This document shows, piece by piece, positions 19,528 through 27,975 of a stretch of DNA of 64,000 bases. Under the pieces are notes generated by a model, which saw only the letters and a list, made by a program, of their open reading frames with translations, had not been told where the DNA came from and did no database searches. This stretch comes from Vulcanimicrobiota bacterium (GTDB taxonomy: Bacteria; Vulcanimicrobiota; Vulcanimicrobiia; Vulcanimicrobiales; Vulcanimicrobiaceae): contig CAWGBN010000008.1 of assembly GCA_963820825.1 (NCBI GenBank), positions 416,001-480,000 of the forward strand, read 5' to 3'. A program made the translations under genes and the position numbers. Positions within the stretch are counted from its first letter, which is position 1, and each line of letters opens with the position of its first letter.

Positions 19528-20451
19528 ATGTTCACAAAGCTTTTGGTCGCCCTCGACGGCTCCCCGTGCGCCGAGCGCGCTTTCGAACTCGCGATGCGGC
19601 TCGCAAAGCTCGAAGGATCGAGACTCATTCTCTGCTCGGTCGCCGACCCGGCGCCGGTTTACGGCAGTCTCCAGCCCAACACCCTCATCGAGCATACGCT
19701 CGAGGAGATCCACCAGGAAGCCGAGCGCGTCGCCGGCGATGCCGCCGTTCGAGCGAAGGCCGCGGGCATCGTTGCCGAGGCGTGCGTCTTCGAAGGCGAA
19801 CCCGTCCATCAGATCGTTTCGCACGCCGCTGCGGCGCCGGTTGACGGAATCGTCATCGGCACGCACGGCCGCTCCGGATTCGCTCGCCTCTTTATGGGAA
19901 GCGTCGCCGAAGGCGTGCTCCGGGATGCGACGGTGCCGGTGATCGTCGTGCGGGCGGAGGCGAGCCTTGCGCCGCTTGCGCCCGACGCGACCTTCATCAC
20001 CCGAGTTCTCGTGCCTGTCGATGGCTCGGAGAACTCCCTGCGCGCAATCGACGTCGCCGTCGAGCTCGCCGCGAGCGCCGGCGCGGAAGTCGTCGTCGGT
20101 CACGCGATCAATCTCGGCGAGGCCGCGATGCTTAGCGGCGGTGAGGCGCAACTTCTGGCCGGCTGCCTAGAACTCGTCAAGGAGAAGGGCCAACACGTCC
20201 TCGCTGAAGCGCTCGCGCGCATCGGCAACCGCGTCCCCGCATCGTCTCAGATCGGCGAGGGCGAGCCGGTCGAGGCCATCGCGCAGCTCGTCGCGGAAGT
20301 CAAGCCGGAGTTCGTCGTCTGCGGAAGTCACGGACGCACGGGCTTGAACCGCGCGTTCATGGGCAGCGTCGCCGAGAGCGTGCTGCGCCACGCGCCGGTT
20401 CCCGTGATCGTCGTTCCGGCGAAGAGTATTAATAGTGTATCAGCGGCTTGA
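19528..20451 (+). CDS. Tandem-domain universal stress protein
   Basis: Two USP domains, each with DGS and G(T/S)HGR..GSVAE. Confidence 0.93.
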   Translation: MFTKLLVALDGSPCAERAFELAMRLAKLEGSRLILCSVADPAPVYGSLQPNTLIEHTLEEIHQEAERVAGDAAVRAKAAGIVAEACVFEGEPVHQIVSHAAAAPVDGIVIGTHGRSGFARLFMGSVAEGVLRDATVPVIVVRAEASLAPLAPDATFITRVLVPVDGSENSLRAIDVAVELAASAGAEVVVGHAINLGEAAMLSGGEAQLLAGCLELVKEKGQHVLAEALARIGNRVPASSQIGEGEPVEAIAQLVAEVKPEFVVCGSHGRTGLNRAFMGSVAESVLRHAPVPVIVVPAKSINSVSAA

Positions 20452-21040
20452 GAAATCGTCTCACCACGAGGACGACGACTGCGCCGCCAACCGCCGCGTA
20501 GAAAGCGAGCGCTGCATGCGCGCCCAGCGCCAAATACGTTCCAATCGCGAGGCCGAAAACTACTGCGATCGCGATGCTCGTCAACTGGTCGATTCCCCAG
20601 CGAATCTCGTCCGCCGGCAATTCGGCACGACGAACGACCAACCCAACAAGCAACATCGCACCGGCCAACGTGTAGACGATCGCCAATGAGAAGACGCACA
20701 TGCTCAGAAGGTGAGCTGGATTCTGGCCCAGTTCCGCGACGCGCACGGTGCTTTCAAAGAAAAATAGCGTCAGGATGAGCGTGCAGAGCATTCCAAAGTT
20801 CATCAGGATCATCGGTGCTTTAGGCACGAAGAACGAGCTAAACGTTCGGTGATGAAGCCACCAGAGCACCGCGATAAAGATAAATGCCGATATGAAGAAC
20901 GTGATGCTTTCCCAAAGGCCGAACATATCGGTTGCGTTCTTCGGCAGCACGAGATTTAGACCGAGTTGCGCGAGGCAGAATCCGATAACGATGTCGGAAA
21001 AGGCTTCGAGCCGGTGGGTGGTGTGCTGCGAACCGGTCAT
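20429..21040 (-). CDS. TMEM175/DUF1211 family (K+ channel-like) membrane protein
   Basis: RLEAFSD motif and W..HH..F; about 6 TM segments. Confidence 0.8.
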   Translation of the reverse strand: MTGSQHTTHRLEAFSDIVIGFCLAQLGLNLVLPKNATDMFGLWESITFFISAFIFIAVLWWLHHRTFSSFFVPKAPMILMNFGMLCTLILTLFFFESTVRVAELGQNPAHLLSMCVFSLAIVYTLAGAMLLVGLVVRRAELPADEIRWGIDQLTSIAIAVVFGLAIGTYLALGAHAALAFYAAVGGAVVVLVVRRFLKPLIHY

Positions 21041-21063
21041 GGAGGGCGGTCGCTGTGCGCCGA

Positions 21064-21765
21064 TTACGGGCGGCGGAGTTTGTAGCCGACGCCGTAGACG
21101 GTGACGACGTACGCCGGATTACGGTTGTCGGCTTCGATCTTTTTTCGCAGGTTGTTGATGTGACGGTCGAGCGTCCGTTCGTAGATCGTTCCGGAGTCCT
21201 GCAGACGATCGAGCATTACTGCACGCGTGAAGACTTCGCCGGGGCTGCTCGCCAGCACCGCGAGGATTCGAAACTCGGTTGCGGTGACGTTCGCCGTCCT
21301 TCCGCCGACGCGTATCTCGTGTGAGGCGAGGTCGATCTCCAGGTCGCCGATGCGCACGAGGTTTGCAGCACCAGGCTCCCCAGGCTTGTGCTCCTCGACA
21401 CGCCGCAGCAGCGCGCGAATGCGCGCCATCAACTCGCGCGGCGAGAACGGTTTGGTCATGTAGTCGTCGGCGCCGAGCTCCAGGCCGACGATGCGATCGG
21501 ACTCTTCGCCGCGTGCGGTGAGCATGATCGCCGGGACGCGCCGGCCGCTCGCCGCCGTTTCGCGCAGGACGTCGAGCCCGCTCCCGTCGGGCAAGCCGAC
21601 GTCGAGGATCATCATCTCGGGTTTCGACTCACGAATCAGCGCGAGTCGCCTCGCCACGGTCGTGCAGAGCGTCGTGATGCGAAACCGTCGCGGTCGCAGA
21701 TAGCTCTCGACGACTTCTGCGACTTTCGGCTCGTCCTCGACGACGAGGACGCGCTTGCCGTCCAT
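21064..21765 (-). CDS. OmpR/BaeR-family response regulator (compensating frameshifts near 21650-21695)
   Basis: VLVVEDE, ILDVGLPD, GLELGADDY.TKPFSPREL, RTLDRHINNLRKKIE, TVYGVGY. Confidence 0.92.
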   Translation of the reverse strand: MDGKRVLVVEDEPKVAEVVESYLRPRRFRITTLCTTVARRLALIRESKPEMMILDVGLPDGSGLDVLRETAASGRRVPAIMLTARGEESDRIVGLELGADDYMTKPFSPRELMARIRALLRRVEEHKPGEPGAANLVRIGDLEIDLASHEIRVGGRTANVTATEFRILAVLASSPGEVFTRAVMLDRLQDSGTIYERTLDRHINNLRKKIEADNRNPAYVVTVYGVGYKLRRP

Positions 21766-21770
21766 CGGTC

Positions 21771-23411
21771 TTACCAGGTTCGCATTCCCGGCGCGAGGTA
21801 TCCGGGATGGCGCAGAGTTCGCCGAGCGGCCCGGCGTACGCAAGGATCGCGAGCACGAGCGCGAGCGACGCCCCAGCGATAGAGGCTGCTGCAGCGGCCG
21901 CGGCGTCGTCACGCTCGCACTCGGCGGCGTTGCGAACACCACGTCGGGATCTGCGTCGGTTCTCGGTTCTTGACCAGCGTGCCGATCGCGACGGCGACGA
22001 ACGTACAGCGATGCTCAGGAAGAGGAAGAAACCGCCGGCCGCTGCGAGCAGCATGTACGGTTGCCAGGCGTTGGCCGCCGCGGCGCCCATGTAGTCGACT
22101 TCCGCGGTGCGCCGCGGCGCGCCGAGCAGGCCGGCGTAGTGCATCGAGAACGACATGATCAGCATGCCGAAGAACCAGAGACGCGTCTGAAAGAGCGCCC
22201 ACTCCGGCTTCCAGAGCGCGCGGCCGGTCAGCCGCGGAATCAGCCAGTAGGCGGCACCGAGGAACGTCAGCGCGACCGGGCCGCCGACGGTTACGTGAAA
22301 GTGACCGACGATCCAGATCGTGTTGTGCACGACCGTATCCATGCTGTACGACGCGTTGACCAGACCGCCGAAGCCGCCCAGGATGAAGAGGATCATGCCC
22401 AGCGCCGCACCGCTGAAGGTCGGGTCGTTCCAGGGCAGCGCCTTGACCGTGCCGATGAATCCGCGGCGTCCCTGTTTGATCGCGAAGAGCTCGAACGACG
22501 CGAAGATCGCAAAGGCGGTGATGAACGACGGAATCGCGACGCCGTACGTCGTGATCGTGTGCAGCATCTTCCAAACCGACGAGATGCCCGGCTCCATGAA
22601 CTCGTGATGGATGCCGACCGGCGTCGAGAGCAGGATCAGCATGATGAAGGTCAGCCGCGTCAGCGCGTCGCTAAAGACGTTTCCGCCGTAGCGCGTCGGA
22701 ATGATGTTATACCAAATGATGTAGGCGCCCATGATCCAGAAGTAGACCAGCGGATGGCCGAAGTACCAGAAGAACATCCGCGTCAGCATGACGTTGATGC
22801 CGGAGGTCCAGCCGAAGGCCCACGGGATCAGAAGGACCATCTCGGCGACGACGCCGAGCGTCGCGACGATCCACATGACGAACGTCGCGGCGGCGCAAAA
22901 GACGACGAGCGGAACCGGCTTGCCGGGATTCGTGCTTCCGGAAATAGTTGACGTTGGCGAAGATCTCGAAGGCGACGACCCAGGTGCCCAGCACCAGCAG
23001 CGTCGCGCCGACGTAGAACCACGGACTCGCTTTGAGCGGCGCGTAGAACGTGTAGAGCACGGTCGCGTCGCCCTTGAGGATCGTGACCGCGGCCATCGCG
23101 GTGCCGAGCAGCATGAGCCACCAGCCGAACCATCCGACGGCGAGGCTGCGCGTCGCGCGGTATCGCGCGGTAGGTTACGAAGAGCGATAGCCCGGTGATG
23201 AAGAACGTCGTGAAGACGAGCGCCATCAGCACGCCGTGCATCGTGAGCATGCGATAGTAGTCGAACCAACGCCGGCGCGCCGAAGGCGCCGGTGCGCGAA
23301 AATCCTTGAAAGACGCCGAAGATCGCGCCCGAGCGCGATCGCCGCCGTCGCGGTATAGATGTGCGCGATGATGACGCGGTTCTCGTTGCGAACTGCGTCT
23401 GACCCGGTCAC
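21771..23411 (-). CDS. cbaA: Cytochrome ba3-type (B-family) heme-copper oxidase subunit I, several frameshifts
   Basis: YYRMLTMHGVLMALVFTTFFI, VLYTFYAPL, FWYFGHPLVYFW, GIHHEF, HNTIWIVGHFH, GAPRRT. Confidence 0.92.
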
Positions 23412-23881
23412 TTATTTCACCTCGATCTTGGCAAACATGTTCTGATGGCCGAGTCCCGCAGTATTCGTGGCAGAGCAGTAGGTAGTCACCGGCGTGCGTG
23501 AACGTGTGCGTCTCCTCGTTCACCCAGCCGGGAACGACCATCATGTTGATGTCGGTTCGGGAATGAAGAAGCCGTGGACGACGTCCGCGCTCGTGACGTA
23601 GAACGTCACCCTGCTTCCGACCGGAACGTGCAGATCGGCCGGGTCGAATTCGAAGACGCGCGCGACGTAGTAGGCCTCGTACGATCCGTCCGCGCGCCGG
23701 TGCAGCCCGGGCTTGTCGAACGGCGGCGTCTGAGCGACCTTCGTGGGATCGATCTGCTGCATATCCGATGGGCGGATTGATGTTGTCGGCAAAGGCCGCA
23801 AAGGCGATCAACCCTAGGAAAAATGACGAGCATCCCCACGCCGAAGGTCAGCCACCAGCGTTCGTATCGGTGAATCTGCAT
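23412..23881 (-). CDS. cbaB: ba3-type oxidase subunit II (CuA), frameshifted
   Basis: MQIHRYERWW, IDP, TSADVVHGF, NMMVVPG, CHEYCG..HQNM. Confidence 0.9.
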
Positions 23882-23882
23882 C

Positions 23883-23997
23883 TTACCAGCGCACCCGCAG
23901 CAAGCACGTACATCGCGAACCAGAGAACCAGGAACGTCGCGCCCATTACAAAGACGAAGCGCAGCGTTCCGATGAGGGGAGCTTCTTCGTCTTTCAT
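23883..23997 (-). CDS. ba3-type oxidase small subunit IIa (about 37 aa, one frameshift)
   Basis: MKDEEAPLIGTLRFVFVMGATFLVLWFAMY: single TM helix directly before subunit II. Confidence 0.75.
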
Positions 23998-24464
23998 GAG
24001 CTCGTCGCACTCGATTTCGACTGCTCGTCGCGCAGGTAGGCCGTTTCGAGCTCGGAAGCGATCCGCTCCAGCAACGCCTGCGCGGTTACGGTTGCGATGC
24101 GACGGCCGATCGTGGCGTCGAAGGCCGCGCCCAGCACGCCGCCCGGGGGACGGTACGATCCCCGGAGCTCGAGCTGCGACGTCTCGTAGTTTTCGTCGGC
24201 GCGCACGGTCAGCTCGCCGTCGAACTCCGGATAGGGTCCCGCTTTCGGCTTCCAGTGCAGCCGCCACGGTTGGTCGAAATGCATCGGATCGTTCGCGGCG
24301 TCGTAGGTAACGACCACCTCGCGCACCAGATCCGCGCCCGGGAGCGCGGCGGTGAGGGTCAGCGTCCCGGGCGCACCGGTGCGAGCGGCGACAGCGCGCG
24401 CGAGATGACGCTGCGCGAGATGGTAGGGGCAGCGGACAATGCGCCGTTCCAGAAGCTCTGACAT
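23994..24464 (-). CDS. Hypothetical protein (possible SRPBCC-like fold), first gene of the ba3 operon
   Basis: W.P....P.F.G.L.V, L.GSY.PP.G..G..FDA.IG.RIA shared with 27461..27910. Confidence 0.75.
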   Translation of the reverse strand: MSELLERRIVRCPYHLAQRHLARAVAARTGAPGTLTLTAALPGADLVREVVVTYDAANDPMHFDQPWRLHWKPKAGPYPEFDGELTVRADENYETSQLELRGSYRPPGGVLGAAFDATIGRRIATVTAQALLERIASELETAYLRDEQSKSSATSS

Positions 24465-24470
24465 GGCCTC

Positions 24471-24502
24471 ATCCTAGCCATCACCTGCGAAGAACTATCG
24501 AA
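24471..24502 (-). promoter_or_regulatory. TTC direct-repeat promoter, leaderless (ba3 oxidase-response regulator operon)
   Basis: TTCGA-N6-TTCGC-N10-TAGGAT-N6-ATG. An inverted TTCCC-N6-TTCAC pair lies at 24510-24525. Confidence 0.75.
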
Positions 24503-24547
24503 TGGCGCCTTCCCAACTAATTCACAATTCGCAGGGCCAACCGCGAG

Positions 24548-25246
24548 CTAGGGTCTCTTCATTTTATAGCCGACGCCGTAGACGGTCACGATGTACTCGG
24601 GATTGCGCGGGTCCTTCTCGACCTTCTTGCGCAGGTTGTTGATGTGCCGGTCGAGCGTCCGCTCGTAGATCTCACCGTCGTCGCCGAGGCGGTCGAGCAG
24701 ATGCGAGCGGGTGAAGACCTCCCCCGGATTCTCCGCCAAGAGGGTAACGATCTTGAACTCGGTCGCCGTTAGATTCGCCGGCGCTCCGGCGACGCTGACC
24801 TCGTGAAAGTTGTGGTCGATCTCGAGCTCGCCGATGCGCGTTCGCCGGTTATTCTTGTGGCCGGTGGTCTGCTCTTCGGCCGTTCGGCGCAGGAGCGCGC
24901 GCACGCGCGCCACCACCTCGCGCGGCGAGAACGGCTTGGAGACGTAATCGTCGGCGCCGAGTTCCAAGCCGACGACCCGATCGGCTTCGTCGGAACGCGC
25001 GGTGAGCATGATCGTCGGAACGCGCGCGTTGGGCACCGAGACCGACCGAAGCACGTCGAGCCCGCTGCCGTCGGGCAGCGTGATGTCGAGCACGAGGACG
25101 TCGGGCGTGGAGCGCGCGATCGCCGCCGTCGCTTCGGCGACGTTCCCGCAGACGTCCACGATCATCCCCTCGCGCTCGAGATAGGCCTTGAGTACCTCGG
25201 CAATCTGCGGCTCGTCGTCGACCAGCAGAACCCGGCGTCGCTCCAT
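24548..25246 (-). CDS. OmpR/BaeR-family response regulator
   Basis: VLLVDDE, VLDITLPD, GADDYVSKPFSPREV, RTLDRHINNLRKKVE. ATG overlaps the upstream stop (TGATG). Confidence 0.94.
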   Translation of the reverse strand: MERRRVLLVDDEPQIAEVLKAYLEREGMIVDVCGNVAEATAAIARSTPDVLVLDITLPDGSGLDVLRSVSVPNARVPTIMLTARSDEADRVVGLELGADDYVSKPFSPREVVARVRALLRRTAEEQTTGHKNNRRTRIGELEIDHNFHEVSVAGAPANLTATEFKIVTLLAENPGEVFTRSHLLDRLGDDGEIYERTLDRHINNLRKKVEKDPRNPEYIVTVYGVGYKMKRP

Positions 25247-25422
25247 CAGAGCCCGTCCTGCCCCTGCAAGAGGTCGCGGGCTCCGCGCAGCGCGTCGGCG
25301 ACAGCCTCGAGCCGCGCCGGCGTCGGTGCGACCAGACCGTCGGCCATTCCCTCCACGTTGGCCAGAGCGACGGCTAACAGATTGCCGAGCTCGTGGCGAA
25401 CCGTCTCGCGACCCTCCTTCAT
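25246..25422 (-). CDS. Stand-alone HisKA/DHp mini-protein (58 aa), absent from the ORF track
   Basis: MKEGRETVRHELGNLLAVALANVEGMADGLVAPTPARLEAVADALRGARDLLQGQDGL: H-box plus BaeS-like E...DG...TP..L. Stop overlaps the RR start. Confidence 0.75.
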   Translation of the reverse strand: MKEGRETVRHELGNLLAVALANVEGMADGLVAPTPARLEAVADALRGARDLLQGQDGL

Positions 25423-25505
25423 TCTTTATTGGTAATCCGAGATTGGGCGGCTCGGGCCCTATCGAAACGGAGCCGCCAGCGGCAGAGCGAAGACCCGAGA
25501 AGTTC

Positions 25506-26651
25506 ATGGATGAGTCACTCTTTTCGCTCCGGGATATTGCGGGGAGCAGGTTCCCGCTGCTCGAGCACGCTCCGGACGCGACGATCATCGTCGACGGCGA
25601 GGGGATCATCCAGCTGGTCAACGCGCAGACCGAGCGGCTCTTCGGCTACTATCGCGAGGAGCTCATCGGCCAGGCCATCGAGATGCTCATCCCCAAGCGG
25701 TTCCACTCCCGGCACGTCGTGGAGCGAAAGGAGTACGCGTCCGAGCCGCGCGTCCGGCCGATGGGCGTCGGCCTCGAGCTCTTCGGCCTGCGCAAGGACG
25801 GCAGCGAGTTCCCGGTCGAGATCAGCTTGAGTCCGATCGCCACGCGCGAGGGGACCTTTATCGCCGGCGCGATTCGCGACGTGACCGAGCGCAAGGCGTT
25901 CGAAGCGCGCCTGCAGAGCCTCAATGCAGAGCTCGAGAAGGCGAGTCGCGCAAAAGACCAGTTCCTCGCCTCGATGAGCCACGAGCTGCGTACGCCGCTC
26001 AACGCCATTCTCGGCTTCACCGGAACCCTGCTCATGAAACTTCCGGGACCCCTCAACGAAGAGCAGGAGCGTCAGCTTCAAATCGTTCAATGGAGCGCCC
26101 GCCATCTGCTCTCGCTGATCAACGATATTCTCGATTTGGCCAAGGTGCAATCGGGAAAGCGCGAGCTTACCTACGAGCGAGTTCCGGTCAAAGAGGTGGT
26201 GGGAGACGTTGCCGCCTCGCTGGCATCGCTGGCCGAAGAGAAGGGTCTTGCATTCTCCCATGCCGTTGCGCCCAGCGCGGAGTTCGTTACGACCGACCGC
26301 CGCAGTCTGCGTCAGATCCTGCTGAACCTTACGCAGAATGCGATCAAGTTTACGGAACGCGGCGTCGTGCGAATCGACGTCAGCGCCGTCACGCGCAATG
26401 GGAGCGCGCGGCTCGCCATGAGCGTGATCGACACCGGCATCGGTATCAAGGGTGAGGACCTCGCACGCCTCTTCGAAGCCTTCGAACAGCTCGCCACGTC
26501 GAACGAGCGGCGTTTCGAAGGTACGGGGCTCGGACTTCATCTCTCGCGCACCCTCGCCGAACTTCTCGAGGGCGAGTTAACCGTTGCGAGCGAGCACGGG
26601 AAGGGGAGCACGTTTACGCTGACCTTGCCCCTGGCCGGCGCCGAGGGATAA
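25506..26651 (+). CDS. Cytoplasmic PAS (FixL-like) sensor histidine kinase
   Basis: PAS LIPKRFHSRH...RKDGSEFPVEISLS, H-box SHELRTPL, NAIKFT, DTGIGI, GTGLGL; no TM segment. Confidence 0.92.
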   Translation: MDESLFSLRDIAGSRFPLLEHAPDATIIVDGEGIIQLVNAQTERLFGYYREELIGQAIEMLIPKRFHSRHVVERKEYASEPRVRPMGVGLELFGLRKDGSEFPVEISLSPIATREGTFIAGAIRDVTERKAFEARLQSLNAELEKASRAKDQFLASMSHELRTPLNAILGFTGTLLMKLPGPLNEEQERQLQIVQWSARHLLSLINDILDLAKVQSGKRELTYERVPVKEVVGDVAASLASLAEEKGLAFSHAVAPSAEFVTTDRRSLRQILLNLTQNAIKFTERGVVRIDVSAVTRNGSARLAMSVIDTGIGIKGEDLARLFEAFEQLATSNERRFEGTGLGLHLSRTLAELLEGELTVASEHGKGSTFTLTLPLAGAEG

Positions 26652-27023
26652 GTGGTGCGAATCCTCGTTATCGACGACAATCCTGCGAATCTCGACCTGA
26701 TGCTCTACCTGCTGCGTGCTTTCGGCCACGAGGTCGAAGCGGCCGCCGACGGTCTCGCCGGATACGAAGCGCTCCAGCGCGATGGCTACGACCTCGTGTT
26801 GACCGATATTCTCATGCCGGGGATCGACGGTTATGAATTCGTGCGCCGCGTGAAGAGCGACGCTCGCTTCGCGTCGACGCCGGTCGTCGCGGTAACGGCG
26901 TTGGCGATGGACGCCGATCGCGCGCGAGTCGGTGCAGCCGGCTTCGACGGCTATATCACCAAGCCGATCGACCCCCAGCACTTCGTCGGCGAAATCGAGT
27001 CCTTTTTGGCGGGCCGCTTCTAG
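26652..27023 (+). CDS. Single-domain response regulator (DivK-like)
   Basis: VIDDN, LTDILMPG, AVTALAM, GFDGYITKPID. Confidence 0.9.
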   Translation: MVRILVIDDNPANLDLMLYLLRAFGHEVEAAADGLAGYEALQRDGYDLVLTDILMPGIDGYEFVRRVKSDARFASTPVVAVTALAMDADRARVGAAGFDGYITKPIDPQHFVGEIESFLAGRF

Positions 27024-27029
27024 CGACCG

Positions 27030-27398
27030 ATGGCGACCGTGCTCGTTGCCGACGACGATCGCCACACGCGCTTTCTCGTCAAGACCGTCCTCACGCACGT
27101 CGGGCACACCGTGATCGAGGCCGCCGACGGCGCCGACGCACTCACGCGTGCCCGCACCGAGACGCCCGACCTGATCCTGCTCGATCTTTCGATGCCGGGG
27201 ATGAGCGGCCCCGAATTTATCCGCGCGCTCCGCGCCGATCCGCGCACGCAGCCGACCAAAGTCGCCCTCTACACCGCGACGCCGTTGAACGCCGCGCTTC
27301 GCGATTTCATGGAGATCTACGGAATCGAACACGTCGTGCCCAAACCGGCCGAGCCCGCGCAACTGATCGAGGCAATAGAACGCGCCCTCTCCGGGTAA
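27030..27398 (+). CDS. Single-domain response regulator
   Basis: VADDD, LLDLSMPG, YTA, KP. Confidence 0.88.
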   Translation: MATVLVADDDRHTRFLVKTVLTHVGHTVIEAADGADALTRARTETPDLILLDLSMPGMSGPEFIRALRADPRTQPTKVALYTATPLNAALRDFMEIYGIEHVVPKPAEPAQLIEAIERALSG

Positions 27399-27422
27399 AC
27401 AAAGAAGTGATGGGAACGCACG

Positions 27423-27454
27423 TTCGCCGGTTCTTCTCATTAAATTGGTAGATT
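27423..27454 (+). promoter_or_regulatory. TTC direct-repeat promoter, leaderless
   Basis: TTCGC-N6-TTCTC-N10-TAGATT-N6-ATG. Confidence 0.75.
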
Positions 27455-27460
27455 GATCGC

Positions 27461-27910
27461 ATGCCGCGGTTAAGTGATAGGACCGCGATCGATTGTTCCG
27501 TGGAGCAAGCGTCGAAGGGGATCGATTGCTTTTTAGATTCGCTCAAAGGGAGAGACGGAGTCGCGCGTCTTCGCCTGCGCGTTCCCGCCGACGGACCGAT
27601 GCTCGGTATCGCGATCGACCGAGAGGTTCGGATCGAGGTGCGTCCGCCATCTGAGGTCGGCGGGGCTATGGCGATGGGTTGGAAGCCCGAGGGAACGGTC
27701 GCTCTTCCAACGTTCGAGGGGACGCTCGTTGCACAGAGCGACGGAGATCCGAATGTAACGTACCTCGACCTCGACGGCTCCTACACGCCGCCTTTCGGCG
27801 CGGCGGGACAACTCTTCGACGCGGCCATCGGCAAACGCATCGCGCAAGCGACGGCGCGCGAGTTTCTCAAAGACCTCAAGGCCGCAATCGAAAAATCCCT
27901 GTCATCCTGA
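27461..27910 (+). CDS. Hypothetical protein, paralog of 23994..24464
   Basis: WKPEG..LPTFEGTL, LDGSYTPPFGAAG.LFDAAIGKRIA. Confidence 0.75.
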   Translation: MPRLSDRTAIDCSVEQASKGIDCFLDSLKGRDGVARLRLRVPADGPMLGIAIDREVRIEVRPPSEVGGAMAMGWKPEGTVALPTFEGTLVAQSDGDPNVTYLDLDGSYTPPFGAAGQLFDAAIGKRIAQATAREFLKDLKAAIEKSLSS

Positions 27911-27960
27911 CACTTCGGCTCGGCGCGAAGCGAAACTCGCTCAGGACCGCGCTTCGCGCG
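27900..27960. repeat. REP-like palindromic element between convergent genes
   Basis: GTCATCCTGA...GCTCAGGAC plus CGCGAAGCG/CGCTTCGCG. Related termini at 39240 and 39663-39677. Confidence 0.55.
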
Positions 27961-27975
27961 GGCGTTAATGAAGGT

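Noticed and set aside
20429..21040. TMEM175-like gene as a foreign insertion
   Set aside because: It looks somewhat AT-richer by eye, but hydrophobic codons may explain this, and there are no flanking repeats or mobility genes.
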